Source of the DNA: a virus
Lineage: Duplodnaviria; Heunggongvirae; Uroviricota; Caudoviricetes
Reading direction: 5' to 3' (one strand)
DNA: 54,350 bases
Virus record (IMG/VR): IMGVR_UViG_2909257012_000004
Below the pieces are notes generated by a model. It did not search any database and was not told where the DNA came from. It saw only the letters and a program-made list of their open reading frames with translations. Of the stretch, positions 18,234 through 26,424 are shown piece by piece (within the stretch, counting starts at the first letter, position 1; each line of letters starts with the position of its first letter). Position numbers and translations under genes: made by a program.

Positions 18234-20102
18234 ATGGTGGAAAGAACCATGGCATTTAAACACTATGATGTTGTCAGGGCGGCGTCGCCGTCAGATCTTG
18301 CGGAAAAGCTGACACATAAACTGAAAGAGGGCTGGCAGCCGTTTGGTAGTCCGGTGGCCATAACCCCTTATACCCTGATGCAGGCGATTGCAGCAGAAGG
18401 TGATGTGGTCGTCAGTGGTGCAACTGAGCCGGAGTGGTACTACGTCATCGTACTGGCCGGGCAATCCAATGCCATGGCTTACGGTGAAGGGCTTCCGCTT
18501 CCGGATTCATACGATGCGCCCCATCCGCGCATTAAGCAACTGGCCCGTCGTAACACAGTGACTCCCGGTGGTGAAGTATGCGTATTTAACGACATCATTC
18601 CTGCTGACCATTGTCTGCATGATGTTCAGGATATGAGTACGATTAACCATCCCCGGGCTGACCTGAGCAAAGGGCAGTACGGCTGTGTCGGACAGGGCTT
18701 ACATATTGCCAAAAAACTGCTTCCGTATATCCCTAATAATGCGGGGATCCTGCTGGTACCATGCTGTCGTGGTGGTTCGGCATTCACCCAGGGCACGGAG
18801 GGGACATTCAGCGAGTCCACGGGGGCCAGTCAGGATTCGGCTCGCTGGGGAGTGGGTAAGCCGTTATATCAGGATCTGCTTTTCCGCACGAAGGCAGCAT
18901 TGCAGAAAAACCCGAAAAACGTTTTGCTGGCGATATGCTGGATGCAGGGGGAATTCGATATGACGAATGCCAGTTACGCCCAGCAGCCAGCAGCATTTCT
19001 TGCAATGGTACAGCAGTTCCGTGCTGACCTTGCCGGGCTGGCGGCGCAGTGTCACGGTGGAAGTCCGGCATCAGTCCCCTGGATTTGTGGCGACACGACA
19101 TACGCGTGGAAACAAGAACACGGTACGCAATATGAAGTGGTATATGGTGCATATAAAGGTAAAGAATCCCAGCAGATTTATTTTGTTCCCTTTATGACCG
19201 ATGGTAGCGGAGTTAATACACCGACAAACAACCCGTCAGAAGATCCTGATATTGCCGGGTCTGGTTATTACGGTTCGGCATCCCGAACGAACAAAAACTG
19301 GGTATCATCAAATCGCCCGACGCATTTCAGCTCATGGGCGCGTCGTGGCATTATTCCCGATCGTATGGCAACTGCTATTCTGAACGTAGCCGGTCGCACC
19401 TTAGCCTTCATTAGTGGTAAGGCACCGGAAATCAAACCCTCGCCCGGCGGCGACACGCCATCGGGGCCGTCTGAAGATGCATCCGTACGCACAATCTCCC
19501 TGTTGCCGACAGCCGGAGATGCTGCTGCGCAGGGCTGGAGCATTAAGAATGGCGGAATTCAGTTGTCAGATGGTGTATTTAAGATCACCAAGCAGAGCAA
19601 TAAAGCCTGGTCCCTGACGCGCCCGGTGGATGACGCAGTCTCCCTGCTGACACGGGGTGGCAGACTGAGCTGTAAGTTTCGACTGTCAGGCGCACTGACC
19701 AACAATCAGTTCGGTCTGGGAATTTATCTGTATACCGATGTAGCGTTACCTGACGTCGTGGCGATGACCGGGACTGGTAACCCGTTCCTGATGTCGTTCT
19801 TCACCCAGACCACAGACGGCAAACTGAATCTGATGCATCACAAGAAAGCAGGAAACACAAAGTTGGGCGAGTTCGGGAATTACAGTAACGACTGGCAGAC
19901 GCTGGAGCTGGTGTTCACCGCCGGCAGTGCCACGGTTACTCCGAAACTGAATGGAGTGGCTGGCCCGGCATTCCAGGTCATAAAAGACAGTCTGACACTG
20001 GGGCTGAATGCGCTGACGCTGACGGATATTACCAAAAATGCAACGTATGGCGTTGAGATAGAAAGTCTGGTGCTGGAGATAAATGCACCGGCATCATCAT
20101 AA
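18234..20102 (+). CDS. nanS: Phage sialate O-acetylesterase NanS-p-like (SASA/DUF303 domain)
   Basis: 622-aa ORF with esterase motif GQSNAMAY near the N-terminus, in the position NanS-p occupies downstream of stx in Stx phages. Possible alternative start at 18249. Confidence 0.75.
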   Translation: MVERTMAFKHYDVVRAASPSDLAEKLTHKLKEGWQPFGSPVAITPYTLMQAIAAEGDVVVSGATEPEWYYVIVLAGQSNAMAYGEGLPLPDSYDAPHPRIKQLARRNTVTPGGEVCVFNDIIPADHCLHDVQDMSTINHPRADLSKGQYGCVGQGLHIAKKLLPYIPNNAGILLVPCCRGGSAFTQGTEGTFSESTGASQDSARWGVGKPLYQDLLFRTKAALQKNPKNVLLAICWMQGEFDMTNASYAQQPAAFLAMVQQFRADLAGLAAQCHGGSPASVPWICGDTTYAWKQEHGTQYEVVYGAYKGKESQQIYFVPFMTDGSGVNTPTNNPSEDPDIAGSGYYGSASRTNKNWVSSNRPTHFSSWARRGIIPDRMATAILNVAGRTLAFISGKAPEIKPSPGGDTPSGPSEDASVRTISLLPTAGDAAAQGWSIKNGGIQLSDGVFKITKQSNKAWSLTRPVDDAVSLLTRGGRLSCKFRLSGALTNNQFGLGIYLYTDVALPDVVAMTGTGNPFLMSFFTQTTDGKLNLMHHKKAGNTKLGEFGNYSNDWQTLELVFTAGSATVTPKLNGVAGPAFQVIKDSLTLGLNALTLTDITKNATYGVEIESLVLEINAPASS

Positions 20103-20187
20103 AAAGTGAGCCAGTCAAATGGAAGGTATCGTTAAACTCACCGGTAGTGTCAGTGGGTCGTCTGAGATGCCTGCATGAGTTATCAGA

Positions 20188-20217
20188 GCCATCAGTACTT
20201 AACTGGTGGCTTTTTTT
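20188..20217 (+). terminator. Terminator-like hairpin between nanS and the holin
   Basis: GCCATCAGT-ACTTA-ACTGGTGGC stem-loop followed by TTTTTTT. Confidence 0.5.
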
Positions 20218-20252
20218 ATTGTTGTCAGCTTCCGGATAACGGGAGACGGGGT

Positions 20253-20468
20253 ATGTACCAGATGGAAAAAATCACAACAGGTGTGTCATACACCACGTCA
20301 GCGGTGGGAACGGGCTACTGGTTCCTGCAGTTGCTGGACAGGGTTTCCCCGTCTCAGTGGGCGGCAATAGGCGTGCTGGGGAGTCTGCTGTTTGGGCTGC
20401 TGACATATCTGACTAACCTGTATTTCAAAATCAGAGAGGACCGTCGTAAGGCGGCACGGGGAGAGTAA
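20253..20468 (+). CDS. S21-type pinholin (71 aa, dual-start motif MYQMEK)
   Basis: Near-identity to recalled phage-21 S over GYWFLQLLD...[14 protein letters not shown]...[22 protein letters not shown]. Confidence 0.85.
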   Translation: MYQMEKITTGVSYTTSAVGTGYWFLQLLDRVSPSQWAAIGVLGSLLFGLLTYLTNLYFKIREDRRKAARGE

Positions 20469-20472
20469 TTCA

Positions 20473-20817
20473 ATGACTCAAAACTATGAACTGATTGTGA
20501 AAGGGATCCGCAATTTTGAGAATAAAGTTACGGTAACTTTAGCGTTACGGGACAAAAAACGCTTTGACGGTGAAATTTTTGACCTGGACATCTCGCTGGA
20601 CCGTGTTGAAGGTGCCGCGCTGGAGTTTTATGAGGCAGCAGCCAGAAGGAGCATCAGACAGGTCTTCCTGGATGTTGCTGCCGGGTTATGTGAAGGGGAT
20701 GAGCAGTCGCCGGAAAAGCGCCCCGTAATTTTAGAGGCGCAGGATGTGTTGATAACCTACAGAGGAAAACTACCGGGAATAATTACGGGTTCTCTGAAGA
20801 GTCCGCCGAAATGGTAA
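20473..20817 (+). CDS. Hypothetical protein inserted between holin and endolysin
   Basis: 114-aa ORF starting 5 nt after the holin stop, with a GGAGAG Shine-Dalgarno. Confidence 0.5.
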   Translation: MTQNYELIVKGIRNFENKVTVTLALRDKKRFDGEIFDLDISLDRVEGAALEFYEAAARRSIRQVFLDVAAGLCEGDEQSPEKRPVILEAQDVLITYRGKLPGIITGSLKSPPKW

Positions 20818-21055
20818 TTTTACCAGCATATTTTTCATCCAGTAATACAGCAAGCCGCCTGAAAGAGTCTTGTTGTTCCTGAGACCATTTGGGATTGCAT
20901 GATTCAAACTGGATTGATGCCAGCGTTGATTGCATCTGTTCCCTTGGAATTGAGAATGCCAGATATGAGAAGGCGACGGTAAGGGTATTCACGTCTTCCC
21001 GAAGCCTGGAAATGCTGTCGAGCAACTCCTGTAGAGAAATGGTGTTATTGTCCAT
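20783..21055 (-). CDS. Hypothetical protein on the opposite strand inside the lysis cassette
   Basis: 90-aa ORF with a GAGGA Shine-Dalgarno; convergent with and overlapping the previous ORF by 35 bp. Confidence 0.4.
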   Translation of the reverse strand: MDNNTISLQELLDSISRLREDVNTLTVAFSYLAFSIPREQMQSTLASIQFESCNPKWSQEQQDSFRRLAVLLDEKYAGKITISADSSENP

Positions 21056-21160
21056 AAATAATCCTCATGATTGTATTGACCTGTTAGCAGCCTGAGGCAA
21101 CAGGCTGGAACTGATAAACATATCCAGGGCTCAGAAACCGATAAATCCTGATAAATATCC

Positions 21161-21694
21161 ATGAACGCAAAAATCAGATACGGCCTGTCGGCTGCCGTTC
21201 TGGCGCTGATTGCCGCTGGTGCGCCTGCGCCTGACATTCTCGACCAGTTTCTGGATGAAAAGGAAGGTAACCACACCACGGCATACCGTGATGGCGCGGG
21301 TATCTGGACCATCTGCCGCGGTGCCATCCTGGTGGATGGCAAACCTGTCGTTCCGGGCATGAAGTTGTCGAAGGAAAAATGCGACCGGGTTAACGCCATT
21401 GAGCGTGATAAGGCGCTGGCATGGGTGGAGAAAAACATCAAAGTGCCATTGACCGAACCCCAGAAAGCGGGGATCGCGTCATTCTGTCCGTACAACATTG
21501 GTCCCGGTAAGTGTTTCCCGTCGACGTTTTACAGACGAATTAATGCAGGTGATCGCAGGGGAGCATGCGAAGCGATTCGCTGGTGGATTAAGGACGGTGG
21601 CAGAGACTGCCGTATTCGCTCAAATAACTGTTACGGTCAGGTATTCCGTCGTGACCAGGAGAGCGCGCTGGCGTGCTGGGGAATCGACAGATAA
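21161..21694 (+). CDS. SAR endolysin (GH24 lysozyme, R21-like)
   Basis: N-terminal signal-anchor-release segment (LSAAVLALIAAGAPA) and a lysozyme E...D...T region (EGNHTTAYRDGAGIWTICRG). Confidence 0.85.
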   Translation: MNAKIRYGLSAAVLALIAAGAPAPDILDQFLDEKEGNHTTAYRDGAGIWTICRGAILVDGKPVVPGMKLSKEKCDRVNAIERDKALAWVEKNIKVPLTEPQKAGIASFCPYNIGPGKCFPSTFYRRINAGDRRGACEAIRWWIKDGGRDCRIRSNNCYGQVFRRDQESALACWGIDR

Positions 21695-21783
21695 GCAGAA
21701 TATTTTGCTGAAAAATGAGGTTGGCCAACGCGGGCGGATAACACGAAGTCCTGTGAACTGGCAAAACCTAAGTGAATAAAAGT

Positions 21784-21826
21784 AAAAACCCCGTTTGTTG
21801 GCAGCAAGCGGGGTTTTGTTTTTATG
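21784..21826 (+). terminator. Terminator-like hairpin downstream of the endolysin
   Basis: AAACCCCG...CGGGGTTT stem followed by TGTTTTTAT. Confidence 0.5.
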
Positions 21827-22336
21827 GCAGTAAGCTATGGGAGGCTGCCTTGATTGATTTTAGCAAACTGATTAGGGAGTTGCGACTCATGATTAGTCAA
21901 TTACCAAACTGGAAATTTTTGCTGGTCTGGAGCATCCCTTTTTTATGGGTAGTATCCCAGTTAATTGTGGCAATTAAGGGGTAGCTATGTCAGACAAACT
22001 CATAACGCCGGCAAAGGTCCTGTGTGTGATTGTCGGTATTTCATTTTCACTAATGCTGGTTGCTCTTTTTCTGTCCCTCGCCTGGGTGATGTTGTCTTCG
22101 TCGGGGCTGCTGGGGTGACAGTGACTGATGACATCAGCAGAGCGCTGGCTTTTGCTATTAAGTGGGTGGCTGTTGGTATTGCTGTGTCTCCGATGCTGTA
22201 TGGGCTGGCAAAACTGGTCATTGCGCTGAAATCGTGAACTTTAAAAAGATGAGTGCTGAACTTATTCGGGCAATGGCATTTGCCATTCGTATTGTGGCCA
22301 TTGCTGTTCTGGTCTGGGCAATCCGTTGGTGGTGAT

Positions 22337-22831
22337 ATGAACCGTGTTCTGTGTGTGGTGATTATTGTCATGCTGGTAGCCTGTGGTGTGCTTAGTCTGG
22401 GGCTGAATCATTACCGCGATAACGCCATCACCTACAAAGCGCAGCGCGATAAAAAAGTCAGTGAGCTGAAACTGGCGAATGCCACTATTACTGACATGCA
22501 GCAGCGCCAGCGAGATGTCGCTGCGCTTGATGCCAGATACACGAAGGAATTAGCCGATGCGAGAGCTGAAAATGAAACTCTGCGCGCTGATGTTGCCGCT
22601 GGTCGTAAGCGCCTGCGGGTCAACGCCACCTGCCCCGGTACCGTGCGTGAAGCCACCGGCACCTCCAGCGTGGATAATGCAACCGGCCCCCGACTGGCAG
22701 ACACCGCTGAACGGGATTATTTCATCCTCAGAGAACGGTTGATGACAATGCAGAAGCAGCTGGAAGGGGCGCAGGAATATATCCGCACTCAGTGCACTAA
22801 GCTGGCTTTTTATTATCCGGAGGATACATGA
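22337..22831 (+). CDS. Rz inner-membrane spanin
   Basis: N-terminal transmembrane segment then coiled-coil; Rz1 embedded in the +1 frame. Confidence 0.8.
   Translation: MNRVLCVVIIVMLVACGVLSLGLNHYRDNAITYKAQRDKKVSELKLANATITDMQQRQRDVAALDARYTKELADARAENETLRADVAAGRKRLRVNATCPGTVREATGTSSVDNATGPRLADTAERDYFILRERLMTMQKQLEGAQEYIRTQCTKLAFYYPEDT
22572..22742 (+). CDS. Rz1 outer-membrane lipoprotein spanin, embedded in Rz
   Basis: [15 protein letters not shown] lipobox followed by a proline-rich sequence, entirely inside Rz. Confidence 0.75.
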   Translation: MKLCALMLPLVVSACGSTPPAPVPCVKPPAPPAWIMQPAPDWQTPLNGIISSSENG

Positions 22832-23043
22832 AGAAATTACGGGTAACCGTAGAACCTTTTCAGGGAACAATTCCGTTCCGTATTTTGCAGCGTGGTCGTG
22901 TTCTTGTTGAAGGTTCGTTCAGTGGTAAATGTACGCAATTACACTCCCGGACCTTTCAGGTGAATGCCACGAATGAAGAGCTAACCGTGGAGTGTACGAT
23001 GAATGCCGCTAAATGCCGCATGGTATTACAGCCAGTGTGTTGA
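22828..23043 (+). CDS. Small hypothetical protein (71 aa, 4 Cys) translationally coupled to Rz
   Basis: ATGA overlap with the Rz stop and a GGAGGA Shine-Dalgarno. Confidence 0.45.
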   Translation: MKKLRVTVEPFQGTIPFRILQRGRVLVEGSFSGKCTQLHSRTFQVNATNEELTVECTMNAAKCRMVLQPVC

Positions 23044-23241
23044 GCGACCTTATTATCCATGCGCGGTATTGTCGCCGTATTCCTGCATTAACAGAGACCG
23101 CAGCCCGACAGGGAGACTCCTCTGCGCGAGTGTGCGGGGATAATCAAAAACGATACACACCGGGGTTTACCGCGTTAACGGAGCGCGGCGTTGTCCCCTC
23201 ATAGTCGCCTGTCCGGTGCGATGGTGGAAGAAACCGAACGT

Positions 23242-23442
23242 TCATTTCTCGTTATTTGTCATGCTGGCCGGGCGCAGATGCGTTGCATCTGTTGCCAGCC
23301 TTCTCCTGCAGGCTTCAATAACCCACGCTGAAAAGTTACCGGACCCTTTATGCTCAAGGGCGATGTTGATCTGTTCAATTATGTGATTGGGGAAACGGAT
23401 ATTGCGGGTTGTGGTTCTGCGGGTCCGGTTTTTCGATGACAT
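23242..23442 (-). CDS. Ribbon-helix-helix-like small DNA-binding protein (66 aa)
   Basis: Arc/CopG-like pattern RNIRFPNHIIEQINIALEHKG; AAGGAA Shine-Dalgarno; antisense to the late operon. Confidence 0.45.
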   Translation of the reverse strand: MSSKNRTRRTTTRNIRFPNHIIEQINIALEHKGSGNFSAWVIEACRRRLATDATHLRPASMTNNEK

Positions 23443-23483
23443 ATTTATTTCCTTTACTGATTGCCATATGACGGGGATTTTAC

Positions 23484-23849
23484 ATGGCTGAGCTTCGTAC
23501 ACTCCAGAGCAGAATCAAAACACTGAATACCCGACGGGTGAATATTCTGAAGGGGGAGCAGCGTCGTGTCAGTGGCAGTGCACGTGTTTCCCTCAAGCGT
23601 CATATCTGGCTGAGGGACGCCGGGCAGTGCTGTATCTGTGGTCGTGTGGTTGACCTCTGTGACAGTGAACTCGATCACCGAATTGCACTTCAGTTCGGTG
23701 GTGGTAATGAGGAGACGAATCTTTGGACGCTCTGTGCCGAATGCCATCGACAAAAGTCTGCTCGTGAAGCGGCGAGTGGTATGCCGGACCCGACGCTGCC
23801 GGAGGTGTCCGGAGGTAGTGGCAGAGAGGACGACATCATCGGACTGTAA
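23484..23849 (+). CDS. HNH endonuclease (packaging-associated)
   Basis: HNH motifs (CCICGR...ELDHRIALQFGGGNEETNLWTLCAECHRQK) directly upstream of the terminase genes. Confidence 0.8.
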   Translation: MAELRTLQSRIKTLNTRRVNILKGEQRRVSGSARVSLKRHIWLRDAGQCCICGRVVDLCDSELDHRIALQFGGGNEETNLWTLCAECHRQKSAREAASGMPDPTLPEVSGGSGREDDIIGL

Positions 23850-23941
23850 CCCAACCCGGGGGGGGTATCATCCGGCGTAAAAAACGATCGCTTTGGACAC
23901 CGCGCCCCCTCTCACGCAGAGAAAAAATTCCCGTTTCAGGG

Positions 23942-24068
23942 CAGTTAACATGTTAACTGGCTGCCCGGGCATTTTTGCGGTTTTTATCTTTATTATTCAG
24001 TTTGTTGTGCGGAAAAAATGTTAACAGGCTTTTTCAGCAAATGTTAACCAGGCAGCAGTTAACATTTG
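23942..24068. repeat. Four GTTAACA-containing repeats upstream of terS (candidate cosB-like terminase-binding elements)
   Basis: cagttaacatgttaactg, aaatgttaacagg, aaatgttaaccagg, cagttaacatttg within about 130 bp. Confidence 0.45.
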
Positions 24069-24139
24069 CGGCATGAGACGCCGGGAAAAATGGGCTGAAC
24101 CATACCCGGCTGAGTGCGTTCTGGACCCGGGAGGAGGCT

Positions 24140-24703
24140 GTGCTGACAACGCAAAAACGAAAATTTGCGCTGGCGCTCATGTCCGGGAAAAACAAAACAG
24201 CGTCAGCCATTGCCGCCGGTTATTCGGCGAAGACCGCCAGGGTTAAAGGCTCGCAGCTGGCAAAAGATCCTGAGGTGCTTGCGTTTATAGCCCGTAAACA
24301 ATGCGAGACGGTGGAGGTGGATGAGGTTCCTGTTTACCGGCAGAAAAAATCAGAGCAGGAGGATAAACCCCGTCGCCGTGAGGCGGCTGCAATACCACAG
24401 CCGGACGAAAACAATCTGGAGATGCCACCGTCCGCGGTGATGTCTCCTGGTATTGAATATATGGAGGATGGTCTTCCCGATCCGGTGAAAGCCATGGGGC
24501 GGATCCTGGTGGAAAACCTCTGCATTGATCCGAAACTGGCACTGGATGCGGCCTGGCGTCTGGCGCAGTTCACGCACCATAAAAAAGGGGATACCGGGAA
24601 AAAATCGGCAAAAGGTGATGCCGCGAAAAAAGCGGCTAACCGTTTTGCGGTGCCACCGCCCCCCCGACTGGTGGTGAATAACGATAATGAGGGCAACGGA
24701 TGA
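24140..24703 (+). CDS. Terminase small subunit
   Basis: 187-aa ORF directly upstream of and overlapping the large terminase gene. Confidence 0.75.
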   Translation: MLTTQKRKFALALMSGKNKTASAIAAGYSAKTARVKGSQLAKDPEVLAFIARKQCETVEVDEVPVYRQKKSEQEDKPRRREAAAIPQPDENNLEMPPSAVMSPGIEYMEDGLPDPVKAMGRILVENLCIDPKLALDAAWRLAQFTHHKKGDTGKKSAKGDAAKKAANRFAVPPPPRLVVNNDNEGNG

Positions 24704-26361
24704 TACCTGTATGGAGCACAGCCTGCCCGGACTGGGCAGAGCGCCTGAAAAAGGGGCTGTCGATTATTCCGGATCCGATTTATCCGGACGAGGCCGCACA
24801 TGCCCTGGCGATTTTTAAACAACTGCGGATTGTGGATGCACCTGGTAGCCCTACGTTCGGGGAGTCCTGTGCACCGTGGGTGTTTGACCTGGTGGCGGCC
24901 CTGTTTGGCTCCTACGATGCGCAGACCGGTGTACGCCATATCAAGGAAGTTTTTATCCTTATCCCCAAGAAAAACTCGAAGTCCACGCTGGCCGCGGGGA
25001 TCATGATGACTGCACTGTTACTGAACTGGCGGCAGGCGGCGGGTTACACGATTCTGGCCCCGACTGTGGAGGTGGCGGCCAACGCCTTCAACCCTGCCCG
25101 GGATATGGTACGACGTGACGATGATCTGGATGACCTCTGCCAGGTACAGACCCATATCCGGACCATCACCCACCGAGTGACGGACACCACCCTGAAGGTG
25201 GTGGCAGCCGATCCGAATACGGTGTCCGGTATCAAGTCCGTGGGTACGCTGATTGATGAGTTGTGGCTGTTTGGCAAGCAGTGCAAGGCGGAGGACATGT
25301 TACGTGAAGCCATAGGCGGCCTTGCCTCCCGCCCGGAAGGGTTTGTGGTGTATACGACCACCCAGTCGAATGAACCGCCCGCCGGGGTGTTCAGACAGAA
25401 ACTGCAGTACGCCCGGGATGTGCGCGACGGCAAAATTCATGATCCGCACTTTCTGCCGGTGATATTTGAACACCCTCCTGAAATGGTGGAAAGCGGGACT
25501 AACCTGCTGATGGAAAACCTCGCCATGGTCAATCCGAATCTCGGCTATTCAGTGGATGAGGCCTTTCTGTACCGGGAGTACCGTAAAGCCCGGGAAGCCG
25601 GTGAAGAGACATTCCGGGGGTTCATGTCAAAACACGCCAATGTGGAAATTGGTCTTGCCCTGCGCTCTGACCGCTGGGCGGGGGCTGATTTCTGGGAAGA
25701 GCAGGGCCGTTGTATCAGCCTGGACGATATCCTGCGTCGTGCTGATGTGGTGACGGTGGGGATTGACGGCGGAGGGCTGGATGATCTGCTGGGGATGTAT
25801 GTGATTGGGCGTGACCGGGAGACCCGCGAATGGCTGGGCTGGGGCCATGCCTGGGCGCATGAAACCGCGGTGGTCCGACGGAAGAGCGAGGCGTCCCGGT
25901 TTCAGGATCTTGTTGCCTGTGGAGATATGACCATTGTCCGGCGTGTCGGGGATGACACGGCGGAAGTGGCGGAATATGTGCGTCGCATTCATGAGGCTGA
26001 GTTACTGGACCATATCGGTATTGACCCGTCAGGGGTGGGGCAGATTCTGGATTCACTGGCGGAAGCCGGGATCCCCGACGGAATTGTGGTGGGGATAAGC
26101 CAGGGCTGGAAACTGGGCGGGGCCATTAAAACCACCGAGCGCAAACTGGCTGAAGGGGTGCTGGTGCATGGTGACCAGCCCCTGATGGCCTGGTGTGTCG
26201 GCAATGCCCGGGTGGAGCCTAAAGGTAACGCCATTCTTATCACCAAACAGGCCAGTGGACGGGGAAAAATTGACCCGCTGATGGCGCTGTTCAATGCGGT
26301 CTCCCTGATGTCCCTTAACCCGGAACCGAAAAAGAAAGAATATGCGGTTTTTTTCATATAA
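24700..26361 (+). CDS. Terminase large subunit
   Basis: 553-aa ORF with ATPase and nuclease regions, at the head of the structural module. Confidence 0.9.
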   Translation: MIPVWSTACPDWAERLKKGLSIIPDPIYPDEAAHALAIFKQLRIVDAPGSPTFGESCAPWVFDLVAALFGSYDAQTGVRHIKEVFILIPKKNSKSTLAAGIMMTALLLNWRQAAGYTILAPTVEVAANAFNPARDMVRRDDDLDDLCQVQTHIRTITHRVTDTTLKVVAADPNTVSGIKSVGTLIDELWLFGKQCKAEDMLREAIGGLASRPEGFVVYTTTQSNEPPAGVFRQKLQYARDVRDGKIHDPHFLPVIFEHPPEMVESGTNLLMENLAMVNPNLGYSVDEAFLYREYRKAREAGEETFRGFMSKHANVEIGLALRSDRWAGADFWEEQGRCISLDDILRRADVVTVGIDGGGLDDLLGMYVIGRDRETREWLGWGHAWAHETAVVRRKSEASRFQDLVACGDMTIVRRVGDDTAEVAEYVRRIHEAELLDHIGIDPSGVGQILDSLAEAGIPDGIVVGISQGWKLGGAIKTTERKLAEGVLVHGDQPLMAWCVGNARVEPKGNAILITKQASGRGKIDPLMALFNAVSLMSLNPEPKKKEYAVFFI

Positions 26362-26424
26362 CCCTGTTCACACTGTAACCATCACGAACCGCTCCGGCGG
26401 TTTTTTTATTTTCAGGAGGCTGAT

